Assembly (NCBI GenBank): GCA_965203295.1
Contig: CBDBCZ010000015.1
Coordinates: 1,184,001-1,248,000, forward strand
Direction: 5' to 3'
Origin: Nitrospirales bacterium
Lineage (GTDB): Bacteria > Nitrospirota > Nitrospiria > Nitrospirales > UBA8639
DNA length: 64,000 nt
Under the pieces are notes generated by a model. The model did not search any database. It was not told the origin of the DNA and worked only from the letters and a program-made list of their open reading frames with translations. Each line of letters begins with the position of its first letter. Position 1 is the stretch's first letter. Positions 22,101 to 37,100 of the stretch are shown piece after piece. Position numbers and translations under genes: made by a program.

Positions 22101-25100
22101 AGTAACTAGCTACCATTGATCTGACCCTTCCCAACTGTTTAGGAAAAGAACAGGTTATTCAAAGGCTTGATTAGTTTTAATGATGTTAGTCGAATACAAT
22201 ACATGTTTAGGAAGTGTCGATGTTCAAGAAAGGAACTGGTTATTCAAAGGCTTGTTTAGTTTGGTTGATGTTAGTCTTAAGATTAGGAAAGAAGGATTTT
22301 ATTGAAAATTGTTTGTTTTGTTGGTCTCTTGCAATGACTTTAATTAAGCCAAAGTTACTAGCTACCATTGATCTGACCTTTCCGAACTATTTAGAAAAAG
22401 AGCTGGTTATTTAAAGGCTTGTTTTGTTTGAATGATATTAGTCAGATTCAATACATGCTTAGGAAGTATCAATGTTCAAGAAAGGAACTGGTTATTTAAA
22501 GGTCTTTTTAGTTTGGTTGATGTTAGTTTGCAGATTAGGAAAGAAGGATATTATTTAAAATTGTTAGTTTTTTTGTCTCTAGCAAAGACTTTAAGCCAAA
22601 GTAACTGGCTACCATTTATCTGACCCTTCCCAACTGTTTAGAAAAAGAGCTGGTTATTCAAAGGCCTGTTTAGTTTTGTTGATGTTAGCCTGAAGATTAG
22701 GAAAGAAGGATTTTATTGAAAATTGTTAGTTTTGTTGGTCTCAGGCAAAGACTTTCAGCCAAAGTAACTGGCTACCATTGATCTGACCCTTCCCAACTGT
22801 TTAGGAAAAGAACTGGTTATTCAAAGGCTTGTTTAGTTTGAATGATGTTAGTCAAATACAATACATGCCTAGGAAGTATCGATGTTCAAGAATGGAACTT
22901 GTTATTGAAAGGCTTGTTCAGTTTGGTTGATGTTCGTCTGAAGATTAGGAAAGAAGGATATATTGAAAATTGTTAGTTTTGTTGGTCTTTAGCAAAGACT
23001 TTAAGCCAAAGTAACTAGCTACCATTGATCTGACCCTTCCCAACTGTTTAGAAAATGAACTGGTTATTCAAAGGCCTGTTTAGTTTGAATGATGTTAGTC
23101 AGATACTATACACGCTTAGGAAGTATCGATGTTCAAGAAAGGAACTGGTTATTCAAAGGCTTGTTTAGTTTGGTTGATGTTAGTCTGCAGATTAGGAAAG
23201 AAGTATTTTATAGAAAATCGTTAGTTTTGTTGGTCTCTACGAAAGACTTTGAGCCAAAGTAACTAGCTACCATTGATCTGACCCTTCCCAACTGTTTAGG
23301 AAAAGAACTTGTTATTCAAAGGCTTGTTTAGTTTAAATGATGTTAGTCAGATACAATACATGCTCAGGAAGTATCGATGTTCAAGAAAGGAACTGGTTAT
23401 TCAAAGGCTTGTTTAGTTTGCTTGATGTTAGTCTGCAGATTAGGAAAGAAGTATTTTATATAAAATTGTTAGTTTTGTTGGTCTCTATAAAAGACTTTAA
23501 GCAAAAGTAACTAGCTACCATTTATCTGACCCTTCCGAACTGTTTAGAAAAAGAACTGGTTACTCAAAGGCCTGTTTAGTTTTGTTGATGTTAGCCTGAA
23601 GATTAGGAAAGAAGGATTTTATTGAAAATTGTTAGTTTTGTTGGTCTCTAGCAAAGACTTAAAGCCAAAGTTACTAGCTACCATTTATCTGACCCTTCCA
23701 AACTATTTAGAAAATGAGCTGGTTATTCAAAGGCTTGTTTAGTTTGCTTGATGTTAGTCTGCAGATTAGGAAAGAAGGATTTTATTTAAAACTGTTATTT
23801 TTTTTGTCTCTAGTAAAGATTTTAAGCCAAAGTAACTTGCTACCCTTTTTCTGACCCTTCCCAACTGTTTAGAAAAAGAGCTGGTTATTCAAAGGCCTGT
23901 TTAGTTTTGTTGATGTTAGCCTGAAGATTAGGAAAGAAGGATTTTATTGAAAATTGTTAGTTTTGTTGGTCTCTAGCAAAGATTTTAAGCCAAAGTAACT
24001 TGCTACCCTTTTTCTGACCCTTCCTAACTGTTTAGAAAAAGAGCTGGTTATTCAAAGGCCTGTTTAGTTTTGTTGATGTTAGCCTGAAGATTAGGAAAGA
24101 AGGATTTTATTGAAAATTGTTAGTTTTGTTGGTCTCAGACAAAGACTTTCAGCCAAAGTAACTGGCTACCATTGATCTGACCCTTCCCAACTGTTTAGGA
24201 AAAGAACTTGTTATTCAAAGGCTTGTTTAGTTTTAATGATGTTAGTCAGATACAATACATGCTTAGGAAGTATCGATGTTCAAGAAAGGAACTGGTTATT
24301 CAAAGGCTTGTTTAGTTTGCTTGATGTTAGTCTGCAGATTAGGAAAGAAGTATTTTATAGAAAATCGTTAGTTTTGTTGGTCTCTAGCAAAGACTTTCAG
24401 CCAAAGTAACTAGCTACCATTCATCTGACCCTTCCCAACTGTTTAGGATAAGAACTGGTTATTCAAAGGCTTGATTAGTTTTAATGATTTCAGTCGGATA
24501 CAATTCATGTTTAGGAAGTGTCGATATTCAAGAAAGGAACTGGTTATTCAAAGGCTTGTTTAGTTTGGTTGATGTTAGTCTGAAGATTAGGAAAGAAGGA
24601 TTTTATTGAAAATTGTTAGTTTTTTTTGTCTCAGGCAAAGACTTTCAGCCAAAGTAACGAGCTACCATTGATCTGACCCTTCCTAACTGTTTAGGAAAAG
24701 AACTGGTTATTCAAAGGCTTGTTTAGTTTGGTTGATGTTAGTCTGAAGATTAGGAAAGAAGGATTTTATTTAAAATTGTTAGTTTTTTTTGTCTCTAGCA
24801 AAGATTTTAAGCCAAAGTAACTTGCTACCCTTTTTCTGACCCTTCCCAACTGTTTAGAAAAAGAGCTGGTTATTCAAAGGCCTGTTTAGTTTTGTTGATG
24901 TTAGCCTGAAGATTAGGAAAGAAGGATTTTATTGAAAATTTTTAGTTTTGTTTGTCTCAGGCAAAGACTTTCAGCCAAAGTAACGGGCTACCATTGATCC
25001 GACCCTTTCCAACTGTTTAGGAAAAGAACTTGTTATTCAAAGGCTTGTTTAGTTTGAATGATGTTAATCAGATACAATACATGCTTAGGAAGTATCGCTG

Positions 25101-28100
25101 TTCAAGAAAGGAACTGGTTATTCAAAGGCTTGTTTAGTTTGGTTGTTGTTAGTCTGAAGATTAGGAAAAAAGGATTTTATTCAAAATCGTTATTTTTGTT
25201 GGTCTCAGGCAAAGACTTTCAGCCAAAGTAACTGTCTACCATTGATCTGACCCTTCCCAAATGTTTAGGAAAAGAACTTGTTATTCAAAGGCTTGTTTAG
25301 TTTGAATGATGTTAGTCAGATACAATACATGCTTAGGAAGTATCGATGTTCAAGAAAGGAACTGGTTATTCAAAGGCTTGTTTAGTTTGAATGATGTTAG
25401 TCAAATACAATACATGCCTAGGAAGTATCGATGTTCAAGAATGGAACTTGTTATTGAAAGGCTTGTTCAGTTTGGTTGATGTTCGTCTGAAGAATAGGAA
25501 AGAAGGATATATTGAAAATTGTTAGTTTTGTTGGTCTTTAGCAAAGACTTTAAGCCAAAGTAACTAGCTACCATTGATCTGACCCTTCCCAACTGTTTAG
25601 AAAATGAACTGGTTATTCAAAGGCCTGTTTAGTTTGAATGATGTTAGTCAGATACTATACACGCTTAGGAAGTATCGATGTTCAAGAAAGGAACTGGTTA
25701 TTCAAAGGCTTGTTTAGTTTGGTTGATGTTAGTCTGCAGATTAGGAAAGAAGTATTTTATAGAAAATGGTTAGTTTTGTTGGTCTCTAGGAAAGACTTTG
25801 AGCCAAAGTAACTAGCTACCATTGATCTGACCCTTCCCAACTGTTTAGGAAAAGAACTTGTTATTCAAAGGCTTGTTTAGTTTAAATGATGTTAGTCAGA
25901 TACAATACATGCTCAGGAAGTATCGATATTCATGAAAGGAACTGGTTATTCAAAGGCTTGTTTAGTTTGCTTGATGTTAGTCTGCAGATTAGGAAAGAAG
26001 TATTTTATATAAAATTGTTAGTTTTGTTGGTCTCTATAAAAGACTTTAAGCAAAAGTAACTAGCTACCATTTATCTGACCCTTCCAAACTATTTAGAAAA
26101 TGAGCTGGTTATTCAAAGGCTTGTTTAGTTTGCTTGATGTTAGTCTGCAGATTAGGAAAGAAGGATTTTATTTAAAACTGTTATTTTTTTTGTCTCTAGT
26201 AAAGATTTTAAGCCAAAGTAACTTGCTACCCTTTTTCTGACCCTTCCCAACTGTTTAGAAAAAGAGCTGGTTATTCAAAGGCCTGTTTAGTTTTGTTGAT
26301 GTTAGCCTGAAGATTAGGAAAGAAGGATTTTATTGAAAATTGTTAGTTTTGTTGGTCTCTAGCAAAGATTTTAAGCCAAAGTAACTCTCTACCCTTTTTC
26401 TGACCCTTCCTAACTGTTTAGAAAAAGAGCTGGTTGTTCAAAGGCCTGTTTAGTTTTGTTGATGTTAGCCTGAAGATTAGGAAAGAAGGATTTTATTGAA
26501 AATTGTTAGTTTTGTTGGTCTCAGACAAAGACTTTCAGCCAAAGTAACTGGCTACCATTGATCTGACCCTTCCCAACTGTTTAGGAAAAGAACTTGTTAT
26601 TCAAAGGCTTGTTTAGTTTTAATGATGTTAGTCAGATACAATACATGCTTAGGAAGTATCGATGTTCAAGAAAGGAACTGGTTATTCAAAGGCTTGTTTA
26701 GTTTGCTTGATGTTAGTCTGCAGATTAGGAAAGAAGTATTTTATAGAAAATTGTTAGTTTTGTTGGTCTCTAGCAAAGACTTTCAGCCAAAGTAACTAGC
26801 TACCATTCATCTGACCCTTCCCAACTGTTTAGGAAAAGAACTGGTTATTCAAAGGCTTGATTAGTTTTAATGATTTCAGTCGGATACAATACATGTTTAG
26901 GAAGTGTCGATATTCAAGAAAGGAACTGGTTATTCAAAGGCTTGTTTAGTTTGGTTGATGTTAGTCTGAAGATTAGGAAAGAAGGATTTTATTGAAAATT
27001 GTTAGTTTTTTTTGTCTCAGGCAAAGACTTTCAGCCAAAGTAACTAGCTACCATTGATCTGACCCTTCCTAACTGTTTAGGAAAAGAACTGGTTATTCAA
27101 AGGCTTGTTTAGTTTGGTTGATGTTAGTCTGAAGATTAGGAAAGAAGGATTTTATTTAAAATTGTTAGTTTTTTTGTCTCTAGCAAAGATTTTAAGCCAA
27201 AGTAACTTGCTACCCTTTTTCTGACCCTTCCCAACTGTTTAGAAAAAGAGCTGGTTATTCAAAGGCCTGTTTAGTTTTGTTGATGTTAGCCTGAAGATTA
27301 GGAAAGAAGGATTTTATTGAAAATTGTTAGTTTTGTTTGTCTCAGGCAAAGACTTTCAGCCAAAGTAACTGGCTACCATTGATCCGACCCTTTCCAACTG
27401 TTTAGGAAAAGAACTTGTTATTCAAAGGCTTGTTTAGTTTGAATGATGTTAATCAGATACAATACATGCTTAGGAAGTATCGCTGTTCAAGAAAGGAACT
27501 GGTTATTCAAAGGCGTGTTTAGTTTGGTTGTTGTTAGTCTGAAGATTAGGAAAAAAGGATTTTATTCAAAATCGTTATTTTTGTTGGTCTCAGGCAAAGA
27601 CTTTCAGCCAAAGTAACTGTCTACCATTGATCTGACCCTTCCCAAATGTTTAGGAAAAGAACTTGTTATTCAAAGGCTTGTTTAGTTTGAATGATGTTAG
27701 TCAGATACAATACATGCTTAGGAAGTATCGATGTTCAAGAAAGGAACTGGTTATTCAAAGGCTTGTTTAGTTTGGTTGATGTTAGTCTGCAGATTAGGAA
27801 AGAAGTATTTTATTTTTTTGCAGCCAAAGTATCTAGCTACCATTGATATTTCCCCTCCCAACTGTCTTGGAAAAGAACTGGTTTATGATTCAATCATTTT
27901 TTTAGTTTAACTGATGTTTGTCAGATACAATACATACATGTTTAGAAGGTAAGGGTTTTCACTAATAATTGGTACAATTTTAGCTTTATTGGTCTCAGGA
28001 AACTTTCAGTCAAAACAACTAGCTACCATTGATCTGACCCTTCCCAACTGTCTAGGAAAGAAATTGGTTTAAGATTTAATAGCTTGTTTAGTTTGAATGA

Positions 28101-31100
28101 TGTTTGTCGGATACAATACATGCTTAGGAATTATTGATGTTCAAGACCGGAACTGGTTATTCAAAGGCTTGTTTAGTTTGGTTGATGTTAGTCTGAAGAT
28201 TAGGAAAGAAGGATTTCATTGAAAATTGTTAGATTTGTTGGTCTCTGGCAAAGACTTTAAGCCAAAGTCACTAGCTACCATTGATCTGACCCTTCCCAAC
28301 TGTTTAGAAAAAGAACTGGTTATTCAAAGGCTTATTTAGTTTGAATAATGTTAGTCAGATACAATACATACTTAGGAAGTAAGGGTTTTGACTGAAAATT
28401 ATCAGTTTTATTGGTCTCAGGCAAAGACTTTCAGCCAAACTAAGTAGCTACCATTGATCTGACCCTTCCCAAGTGTCTAGGAAAGAAATTGGTGTAAGAT
28501 TTAATAGGTTGTTTAGTTTGAATGGTGTTAGTCGGATACAATACATGTTTAGGAAGTATCGATGTTCAAGAAAGGAACTGGTTATTCAAAGGCTTGTTTA
28601 GTTTAGTTGATGTTAGTTGAAGATTAGGAAAGGAGGATTTCATTGAAAATTGTTAGTTTTGTTGGTCTCAGGTAAAGACTTTCAGCCAAAGTATCTAGCT
28701 ACCATTGATCTGACCCCACCCAACTGTCTTGGAAAGGAACTGGTTTATGATTCAACATTTGTTTAGTTTAAATGATGTTTGTCAGATACAATACATACTT
28801 GCTTAGAAAGTAAGGGTTTTCACTAATAATTGGTACAATTTTAGCTTTATTAGTCTCAGGAAACTTTCAGTCAAAACAACTAGCTACCATTGATCTGACC
28901 CTTCCCAACTGTCTAGGAAAGAAATTGGTTTAAGAAGTAATAGCTTGTTTAGTTTGAATGATGTTAGTCGGATACAATACATACTTAGGAAGTATCGATG
29001 TTCAAGACCGGAACTGGTTATTCAAAGGCTTGTTTAGTTTGGTTGATGTTAGTCTGAAGATTAGGAAAGAAGGATTTCAGTGAAAATTGTTAGATTGGTT
29101 GGTCTCTGGCAAAGACTTTAAGCCAAAGTCACTAACTACCATTGATCTGACCCTTCCCAACTGTTTAGAAAAAGAACTGCTTATTCAAAGGCTTGTTTAG
29201 TTTGAATGATGTTAGTCAGATACAATGCATGCTTAGGAAGTATCGATGTTCAAGAAAGGGACTGGTTATTCAAAGGCTTGTTTAGTTTGGTTGATGTTAG
29301 TCTGAAGATTAGGAAAAAAGGATTTTATTCAAAATCGTTATTTTTGTTGGTCTCAGGCAAAGACTTTCAGCCAAAGTAACTGTCTACCATTGATCTGACC
29401 CTTCCCAAATGTTTAGGAAAAGAACTTGTTATTCAAAGGCTTGTTTAGTTTGAATGATGTTAGTCAGATACAATACATGCTTAGGAAGTATCGATGTTCA
29501 AGAAAGGAACTGGTTATTCAAAGGCTTGTTTAGTTTGGTTGATGTTAGTCTGCAGATTAGGAAAGAAGTATTTTATTTTTTTTCAGCCAAAGTATCTAGC
29601 TACCATTGATATTACCCCTCCCAACTGTCTCTTGGAAAAGAACTGGTTTATGATTCAATCATTTGTTTAGTTTAAATGATGTTTGTCACATACAATACAT
29701 ACATATTTAGAAGGTAAGGGTTTTCACTAATAATTGGTACAATTTTAGCTTTATTGGTCTCAGGAAACTTTCAGTCAAAACAACTAGCTACCATTGATCT
29801 GACCCTTCCCAACTGTCTAGGAAAGAAATTGGTTTAAGATTTAATAGCTTGTTTAGTTTGAATGATGTTAGTCAGATTCAATACATGCTTAGGAAGTATC
29901 GATGTTCAAGACCGGAACTGGTTATTCAAAGGCTTGTTTAGTTTGGTTGATGTTAGTCTGAAGATTAGGAAAGAAGGATTTCAGTTAAAATTGTTAGATT
30001 GGTTGGTCTCTGGCAAAGACTTTAAGCCAAAGTCACTAACTACCATTGATCTGACCCTTCCCAACTGTTTAGAAAAAGAACTGGTTATTCAAAGGCTTGT
30101 TTAGTTTGAATGATGTTAGTCAGATACAATACACGCTTAGGAAGTATCGATGTTCAAGAAAGGAACTTGTTATTCAAGGGCTTGTTTGGTTTCGTTCATG
30201 TTAGTCTGAAGATTAGGAAAGAAGGATTTTAATGAAAATTATTAGTTTTGTTGGTCTCTAACAAAGACTTTAAGCCAAAGTTACTACCTACCTTTGATCT
30301 GACCCTTCCCAACTGTTTAGAAAAAGAGCTGGTTATTCAAAAGCTTGTTTAGTTTGAATGACGTTAGTCTGAAGATTAGGAAAGAAGGATTTTATTGAAA
30401 ATTATTAGTTTTGTTGGTCTCTAGCAAAGACTTTAAGCCAATGTTACTAGCTACCTTTGATCTGACCCTTCCCAACTGTTTAGAAAAAGAGCTGGTTATT
30501 CAAAAGCTTGTTTAGTTTGAATGATGTTAGTCTGAAGATTAGGAAAGAAGGATTTTATTGAAAATTGTTAGTTTTGTTGGTTTGTAGCAAAGACTTTAAG
30601 CCAAAGTCACTAGCTACCATTGATCTGACCCTTCCCAACTGTTTAGAAAAGAACTGGTTATTCAAAGGCTTGTTTTGTTTGAATGATATTAGTCAGATAC
30701 AATACATGCTTAGGAAGTATCAATGTTCAAGAAAGGAACTGGTTATTCAAAGGCTTGTTTAGTTTGGTTGATGTTAGTTTGCAGATTAGGAAAGAAGGAT
30801 TTTATTTAAAATTGTTAGTTTTTTAGTCTATAGCAAAGACTTTAAGCCAAAGTAACTTGCTACCATTTATCTGACCCTTCCCAACTGTTTAGGAAAAGAA
30901 CTGGTTATTCAAAGGCTTATTTAGTTTGAATGATGTTAGTCATATACAATACACGCTTAGGAAGTATCGATGTTCAAGAAAGGAACTTGTTATTCAAAGG
31001 CTTGTTTAGTTTGAATGATGTTAGTCAGATACAATACATGCTTAGGAAGTATCAATGTTCAAGAAAGGAACTGGTTATTCAAATGCTTATTTAGTTTGCT

Positions 31101-34100
31101 TGATTTTAGTCTGCAGATTAGGAAAGAAGGATTTTATTTAAAATTGTTAGTTTTTTAGTCTATAGCAAAGACTTTAAGCCAAAGTAACTTGCTACCATTT
31201 ATCTGACCCTTCCCAACTGTTTAGGAAAAGAACTGGTTATTCAAAGGCTTATTTAGTTTGAATGATGTTAGTCATATACAATACACGCTTAGGAAGTATC
31301 GATGTTCAAGAAAGGAACTTGTTATTCAAAGGCTTGTTTAGTTTGAATGATGTTAGTCAGATACAATACATGCTTAGGAAGTATCAATGTTCAAGAAAGG
31401 AACTGGTTATTCAAATGCTTATTTAGTTTGCTTGATTTTAGTCTGCAGATTAGGAAAGAAGTATTTTATAGAAAATCGTTAGTTTTGTTCTTCTCTAGGA
31501 AAGACTTTGAGCCAAAGTAACTGGCTACCATTGATCTGACCCTTCCCAACTGTTTAGGAAAAGAACTGGTTATTCAAAGGCTGGTTTAGTTTTAATGATG
31601 TTAGTCAGATACAATACATGCTTAGGAAGTATCGCTGTTCAAGAAAGGAACTGGTTATTCAAAGGCTTGATTAGTTTTAATGATTTTAGTCGGATGCAAT
31701 ACATGTTTAGGAAGTGTCGATGTTCAAGAAAGGAACTGGTTATTCAAAGGCTTGTTTAGTTTGAATGATGTTAGTCTGAAGATTAGGAAAGAAGGATTTT
31801 ATTGAAAATTGTTAGTTTTGTTGGTGTCTAGCAAAGACTTTAAGCCAAAGTTACTACCTACCATTTATCTGACCCTTCCGAACTATTTAGAAATTGAGCT
31901 GGTTATTTAAAGGCTTGTTTTGTTTGAATGATATTAGTCAGATTCAATACATGCTTAGGAAGTATCAATGTTCAAGAAAGGAACTGGTTATTCAAAGGCT
32001 TGTTTAGTTTGGTTGAAGTTAGTTTGCAGATTAGGAAAGAAGGATTTTATTTAAAATTGTTAGTTTTTTTGTCTCTAGCAAAGACTTTAAGCCAAAGTAA
32101 CTTGCTACCATTTATCTGACCTTACTAACTGTTTAGAAAAAGAACTGTTTATTCAAAGGCCTGTTTAGTTTGGTTGATGTTAGCCTGAAGATAAGGAAAG
32201 AAGGATTTTATTGAAAATTGTTAGTTTTGTTGGTCTCTAGCAAAGACTTTAAGCCAAAGTTCTACCATTGATCTGACCCTTCCGAACTATTTAGAAAAAG
32301 AACTAGTTATTCAAAGGGCTGTTTAGTTTGGTTGATGTTAGCCTGAAGATTAGGAAAGAAGGATTTTATTGAAAATTGTTAGTTTTGTTGGTCTCTTGCA
32401 ATGACTTTAATTAAGCCAAAGTTACTAGCTACCATCAATCTGACCTTTCCGAACTGTTTAGAAAAAGTCCTGGTTATTCAAAGGCTTGTTTTGTTTGAAT
32501 GATATTAGTCTGAAGATTAGGAAAGAAAGATTTTATTGAAAATTGTTAGTTTTGTTGGTCTCAGGCAAAGACTTTCAGCCAAAGTAACTGGCTACCATTG
32601 ATCTGACCCTTCCCTGCTGTTTAGGAAAAGAACTGGTTATTCAAAGGCTTGATTAGTTTAAATGATGTTAGTCGGATACAATACATGTTTAGGATGTGGC
32701 GATGTTCAAGAAAGGAACTGGTTATTCAAAGGCTTGTTTAGTTTGGTTGATGTTAGTCTGAAGATTAGAAAAGAAGGATTTTATTGAAAATTGTTAGTTT
32801 TGTATGTCTCAGGCAAAGACTTTCAGCCAAAGTAACTAGCTACCATTGATCTGACCCTTCCTAACTGTTTAGGAAAATAACTGGTTATTCAAAGGCTTGT
32901 TTAGTTTGAATGATGTTAGCCTGAAGATTAGGAAAGAAGGATTTTATTGAAAATTGTTAGTTTTGTTGGTCTCTAGGGAAGACTTTAAGCCAAAGTAACT
33001 AGCTACCATTTATCTGACCCTTCCCAACTGTTTAGAAAAAGAACTGGTTATTCAAAGGCCTGTTTAGTTTTGTTGATGTTAGCCTGAAGATTAGGAAAGA
33101 AGGATTTTATTGAAAATTGTTAGTTTTGTTGGTCTCTTGCAATGACTTTAATTAAGCCAAAGTTACTAGCTACCATTGATCTGACCTTTCCGAACTATTT
33201 AGAAAAAGTGCTGGTTATTCAAAGGCTTGTTTTGTTTGAATGATATTAGTCAGATACAATACATGCTTAGGAAGTATCAATGTTCAAGAAAGGAACTGGT
33301 TATTCAAAGGCTTGTTTAGTTTGGTTGATGTTAGTCTGAAGATTAGGAAAGGAGGATTTTATTGAAAATTGTTAGTTTTGTTGGTCTCTAGCAAAGACTT
33401 TAAGCCAAAGTAACTTGCTACCATTTATCTGACCCATCCCAACTGTTTAGAAAAAGAGCTGGTTATTCAAAGGCTTGTTTTGTTTGAATGATATTAGTCA
33501 GATACAATACATGCTTAGGAAGTATCAATATTCAAGAAAAGAACTGGTTATTCAAAGGCTTGTTTAGTTTTGTTGATGTTAGTCTGAAGATTAGGAAAGA
33601 AGGATTTTATTGAAAATTGTTAGTTTCGTTGGTCTCAGGCAAAGACTTTCAGCAAAAGTAACTAGCTACCATTGATCTGACCCTTCCTAACTGTTTAGGA
33701 AAAGAACTGGTTATTCAAAGGCTTGTTTAGTTTGAATGATGTTAGTCTGAAGATTAGGAAAGAAGGATTTTATTGAAAATTGTTAGTTTTGTTGGTCTCT
33801 AGCAAAGACTTTAAGCCAAAGTAACTAGCTACCATTTATCTGACCCTTCCCAACTGTTTAGAAAAGAACTGGTTATTCAAAGGCCTGTTTAGTTTTGTTG
33901 ATGTTAGCCTGAAGATTAGGAAAGAAGGATTTTATTGAAAATTGTTAGTTTTGTTGGTCTCTTGCAATAACTTTAATTAAGCCAAAGTTACTTGCTACCA
34001 TTGATCTGGCCTTTCCGAACTTTTTAGAAAAAGTGCTGGTTATTCAAAGGCCTGTTTTTTTGAATGATATTAGTCAAATACAATACATGCTTAGGAAGTA

Positions 34101-37100
34101 TCAATGTTGAAGAAAGGAACTGGTTATTTAAAGGCTTTTTTAGTTTGGTTGATGTTAGTCTGAAGATTAGGAAAGAAGAATTTTATTTAAAATTGTTAGT
34201 TTTGTTGGTCTCAGGCAAAGACTTTCAGCCAAAGTAACTGACTACCATTGATCTGACCCTTCCCAACTGTTTAGGAAAACAACTGGTTATTCAAAGGCTT
34301 GTTTAGTTTGAATGATGTTAGTCAGATACAATACATGCTTAGAAAGTATCGATGTTCAAGAAAGGAACTGGTTATTCAAAGCCTTGTTTAGTTTGCTTGA
34401 TGATAATCTGCAGATTAGGAAAGAAGTATTTTATAGAAAATCGTTAGTTTTGTTTGTCTCTAGCAAAGACTTTGAGCCAAAGTAACTAGCTACCATTGAT
34501 CTGACCTCTTCCCAACTGTTTAGGAAAAGAACCTGTTATTCAAAGGCTTGATTAGTTTGAATGATGTTAGTCTGAAGATTAGGAAAGATGGATTTTATTG
34601 AAAATTGTTAGTTTTGTTGGTCTCAGGCAAAGACTTTCAGCCAAAGTAACTGGCTACCATTGATCTGACCCTTCCCAACTCTTTAGGAAAAGAACTGGTT
34701 ATTCAGAGCTTAATTAGTTTTAATGATGTTAGTCGAATACAATACATGTTAGGAAGTGTCGATGTTCAAGAAAGGAACTGGTTATTTAAAGGCTTGTTTA
34801 GTTTGGTTGATGTTAGTCTGAAGATTAGGAAAGAAGGATTTTATTGAAAAATTGTTAGTTTTGTTGGTCTCAGGCAAAGACTTTCAGCAAAAGTAACTAG
34901 CTACCATATATCTGACCCTTCCTAACTGTTTAGGAAAAGAACTGGTTATTCAAAGGCCTGTTTAGTTTGGTTGATGTTAGCCTGAAGATAAGGAAAGAAG
35001 GATTTTATTGAAAATTGTTAGTTGGTCTCTAGCAAAGACTTTAAGCCAAAGTTACTAGCTACCATTGATCTGAACCTTCCGAACTATTTAGAAAATGAGC
35101 TGGTTATTCAAAGGCTTGTTTTGTTTGAATGATATTAGTCAGATACAATACATGCTTAGGAAGTATCAATATTCAAAAAAGGAACTGGTTATTCAAAGGC
35201 TTGTTTAGTTTGCTTGATGTTAGTCTGCAGATTAGGAAAGAAGTATTTTATAGAAAATCGTTAGTTTTGTTGGTCTCTAGCAAAGACTCTGAGCCAAAGT
35301 AACTAGCTACCATTGATCTGACCCTTCCCAACTGTTTAGGAAAAGAACTGGTTATTCAAAGGCTTGTTTAGTTTAAATGATGTTAGTCGGATTCAATACA
35401 TGCTTAGGAAGTATCAATGCTCAAGAAAGGAACTGGTTATTCAAAGGCTTGTTTAATTTGGTTGATGTTAGTCTGAAGATTAGGAAAGAAGGATTTTATT
35501 GAAAATTGTTATTTTTTTGTCTCTAGCAAAGACTTTAAGGCGAAGTAACTAGCTACCATTGATCTGACCCTTCCCAACTGTTTAGAAAAAGAACTGGTTA
35601 TTCAAAGGCTTGTTTAGTTTGAATGATGTTAGTCTGAAGATTAGGAAAGAAGGATTTTATTGAAAATTGTTAGTTTTGTTGGTCTCTAGCAAAGACTTTA
35701 AGCCAAAGTAACTAGCTACCATTTATCTGACCCTTCCCAACTGTTTAGAAAAAGAACTGGTTATTCAAAGGCCTGTTTAGTTTCGTTGATTTTAGCCTGA
35801 AGATTAAGAAAGAAGGATTTTATTTATAATTGTTAATTTTGTTGGTCTCTTGCAAAGACTTTAAGCCAATGTAACTGGCTACCATTGATCTGATCCTTCC
35901 CAACTATTTAGAAAAAGAGCTGGTTATTTAAAGGCTTGTTTTGTTTGAATGATATTAGTCCGATACAATACATGCTTAGGAAGTATCAATGTTCAAGAAA
36001 AGAACTGGTTATTCAAAGGCTTGTTTAGTTTAGTTGATGTTAGTCTGAAGATTAGGAAAGAAGGATTTTATTGAAAATTGTTAGTTTTTTTGGTCTCAGG
36101 CAAATACTTTCAGCCAAAGTAACTGCCTGCCATTGATCTGACCCTTCCCAACTATTTAGAAAAAGAACTTGTTATTCAAAGGCTTGCTTAGTTTGAATGA
36201 TGTTAGTCAGATACAATACATGCTTAGGAAGTATCGATGTTCAAGAAAGGAATTGGTTATTCAAATGCTTATTTAGTTTGCTTGATGTTAGTCTGCAGAT
36301 TATGAAAGAAGTATTTTATAGAAAATCTTTAGTTTTGTTGGTCTCTAGCAAAGACTTTGAGCCAAAGTAACTAGCTACCATTGATCTGACCCTTCCCAAC
36401 TGTTTAGGAAAAGAACAGGTTATTCAAAGGCTTGATTAGTTTTAATGATGTTAGTCGAATACAATACATGTTTAGGAAGTGTCGATGTTCAAGAAAGGAA
36501 CTGGTTATTCAAAGGCTTGTTTAGTTTGGTTGATGTTAGTCTTAAGATTAGGAAAGAAGGATTTTATTGAAAATTGTTTGTTTTGTTGGTCTCTTGCAAT
36601 GACTTTAATTAAGCCAAAGTTACTAGCTACCATTGATCTGACCTTTCCGAACTATTTAGAAAAAGAGCTGGTTATTTAAAGGCTTGTTTTGTTTGAATGA
36701 TATTAGTCAGATTCAATACATGCTTAGGAAGTATCAATGTTCAAGAAAGGAACTGGTTATTTAAAGGTCTTTTTAGTTTGGTTGATGTTAGTTTGCAGAT
36801 TAGGAAAGAAGGATATTATTTAAAATTGTTAGTTTTTTTGTCTCTAGCAAAGACTTTAAGCCAAAGTAACTGGCTACCATTTATCTGACCCTTCCCAACT
36901 GTTTAGAAAAAGAGCTGGTTATTCAAAGGCCTGTTTAGTTTTGTTGATGTTAGCCTGAAGATTAGAAAAGAAGGATTTTATTGAAAATTGTTAGTTTTGT
37001 TGGTCTCAGGCAAAGACTTTCAGCCAAAGTAACTGGCTACCATTGATCTGACCCTTCCCAACTGTTTAGGAAAAGAACTGGTTATTCAAAGGCTTGTTTA

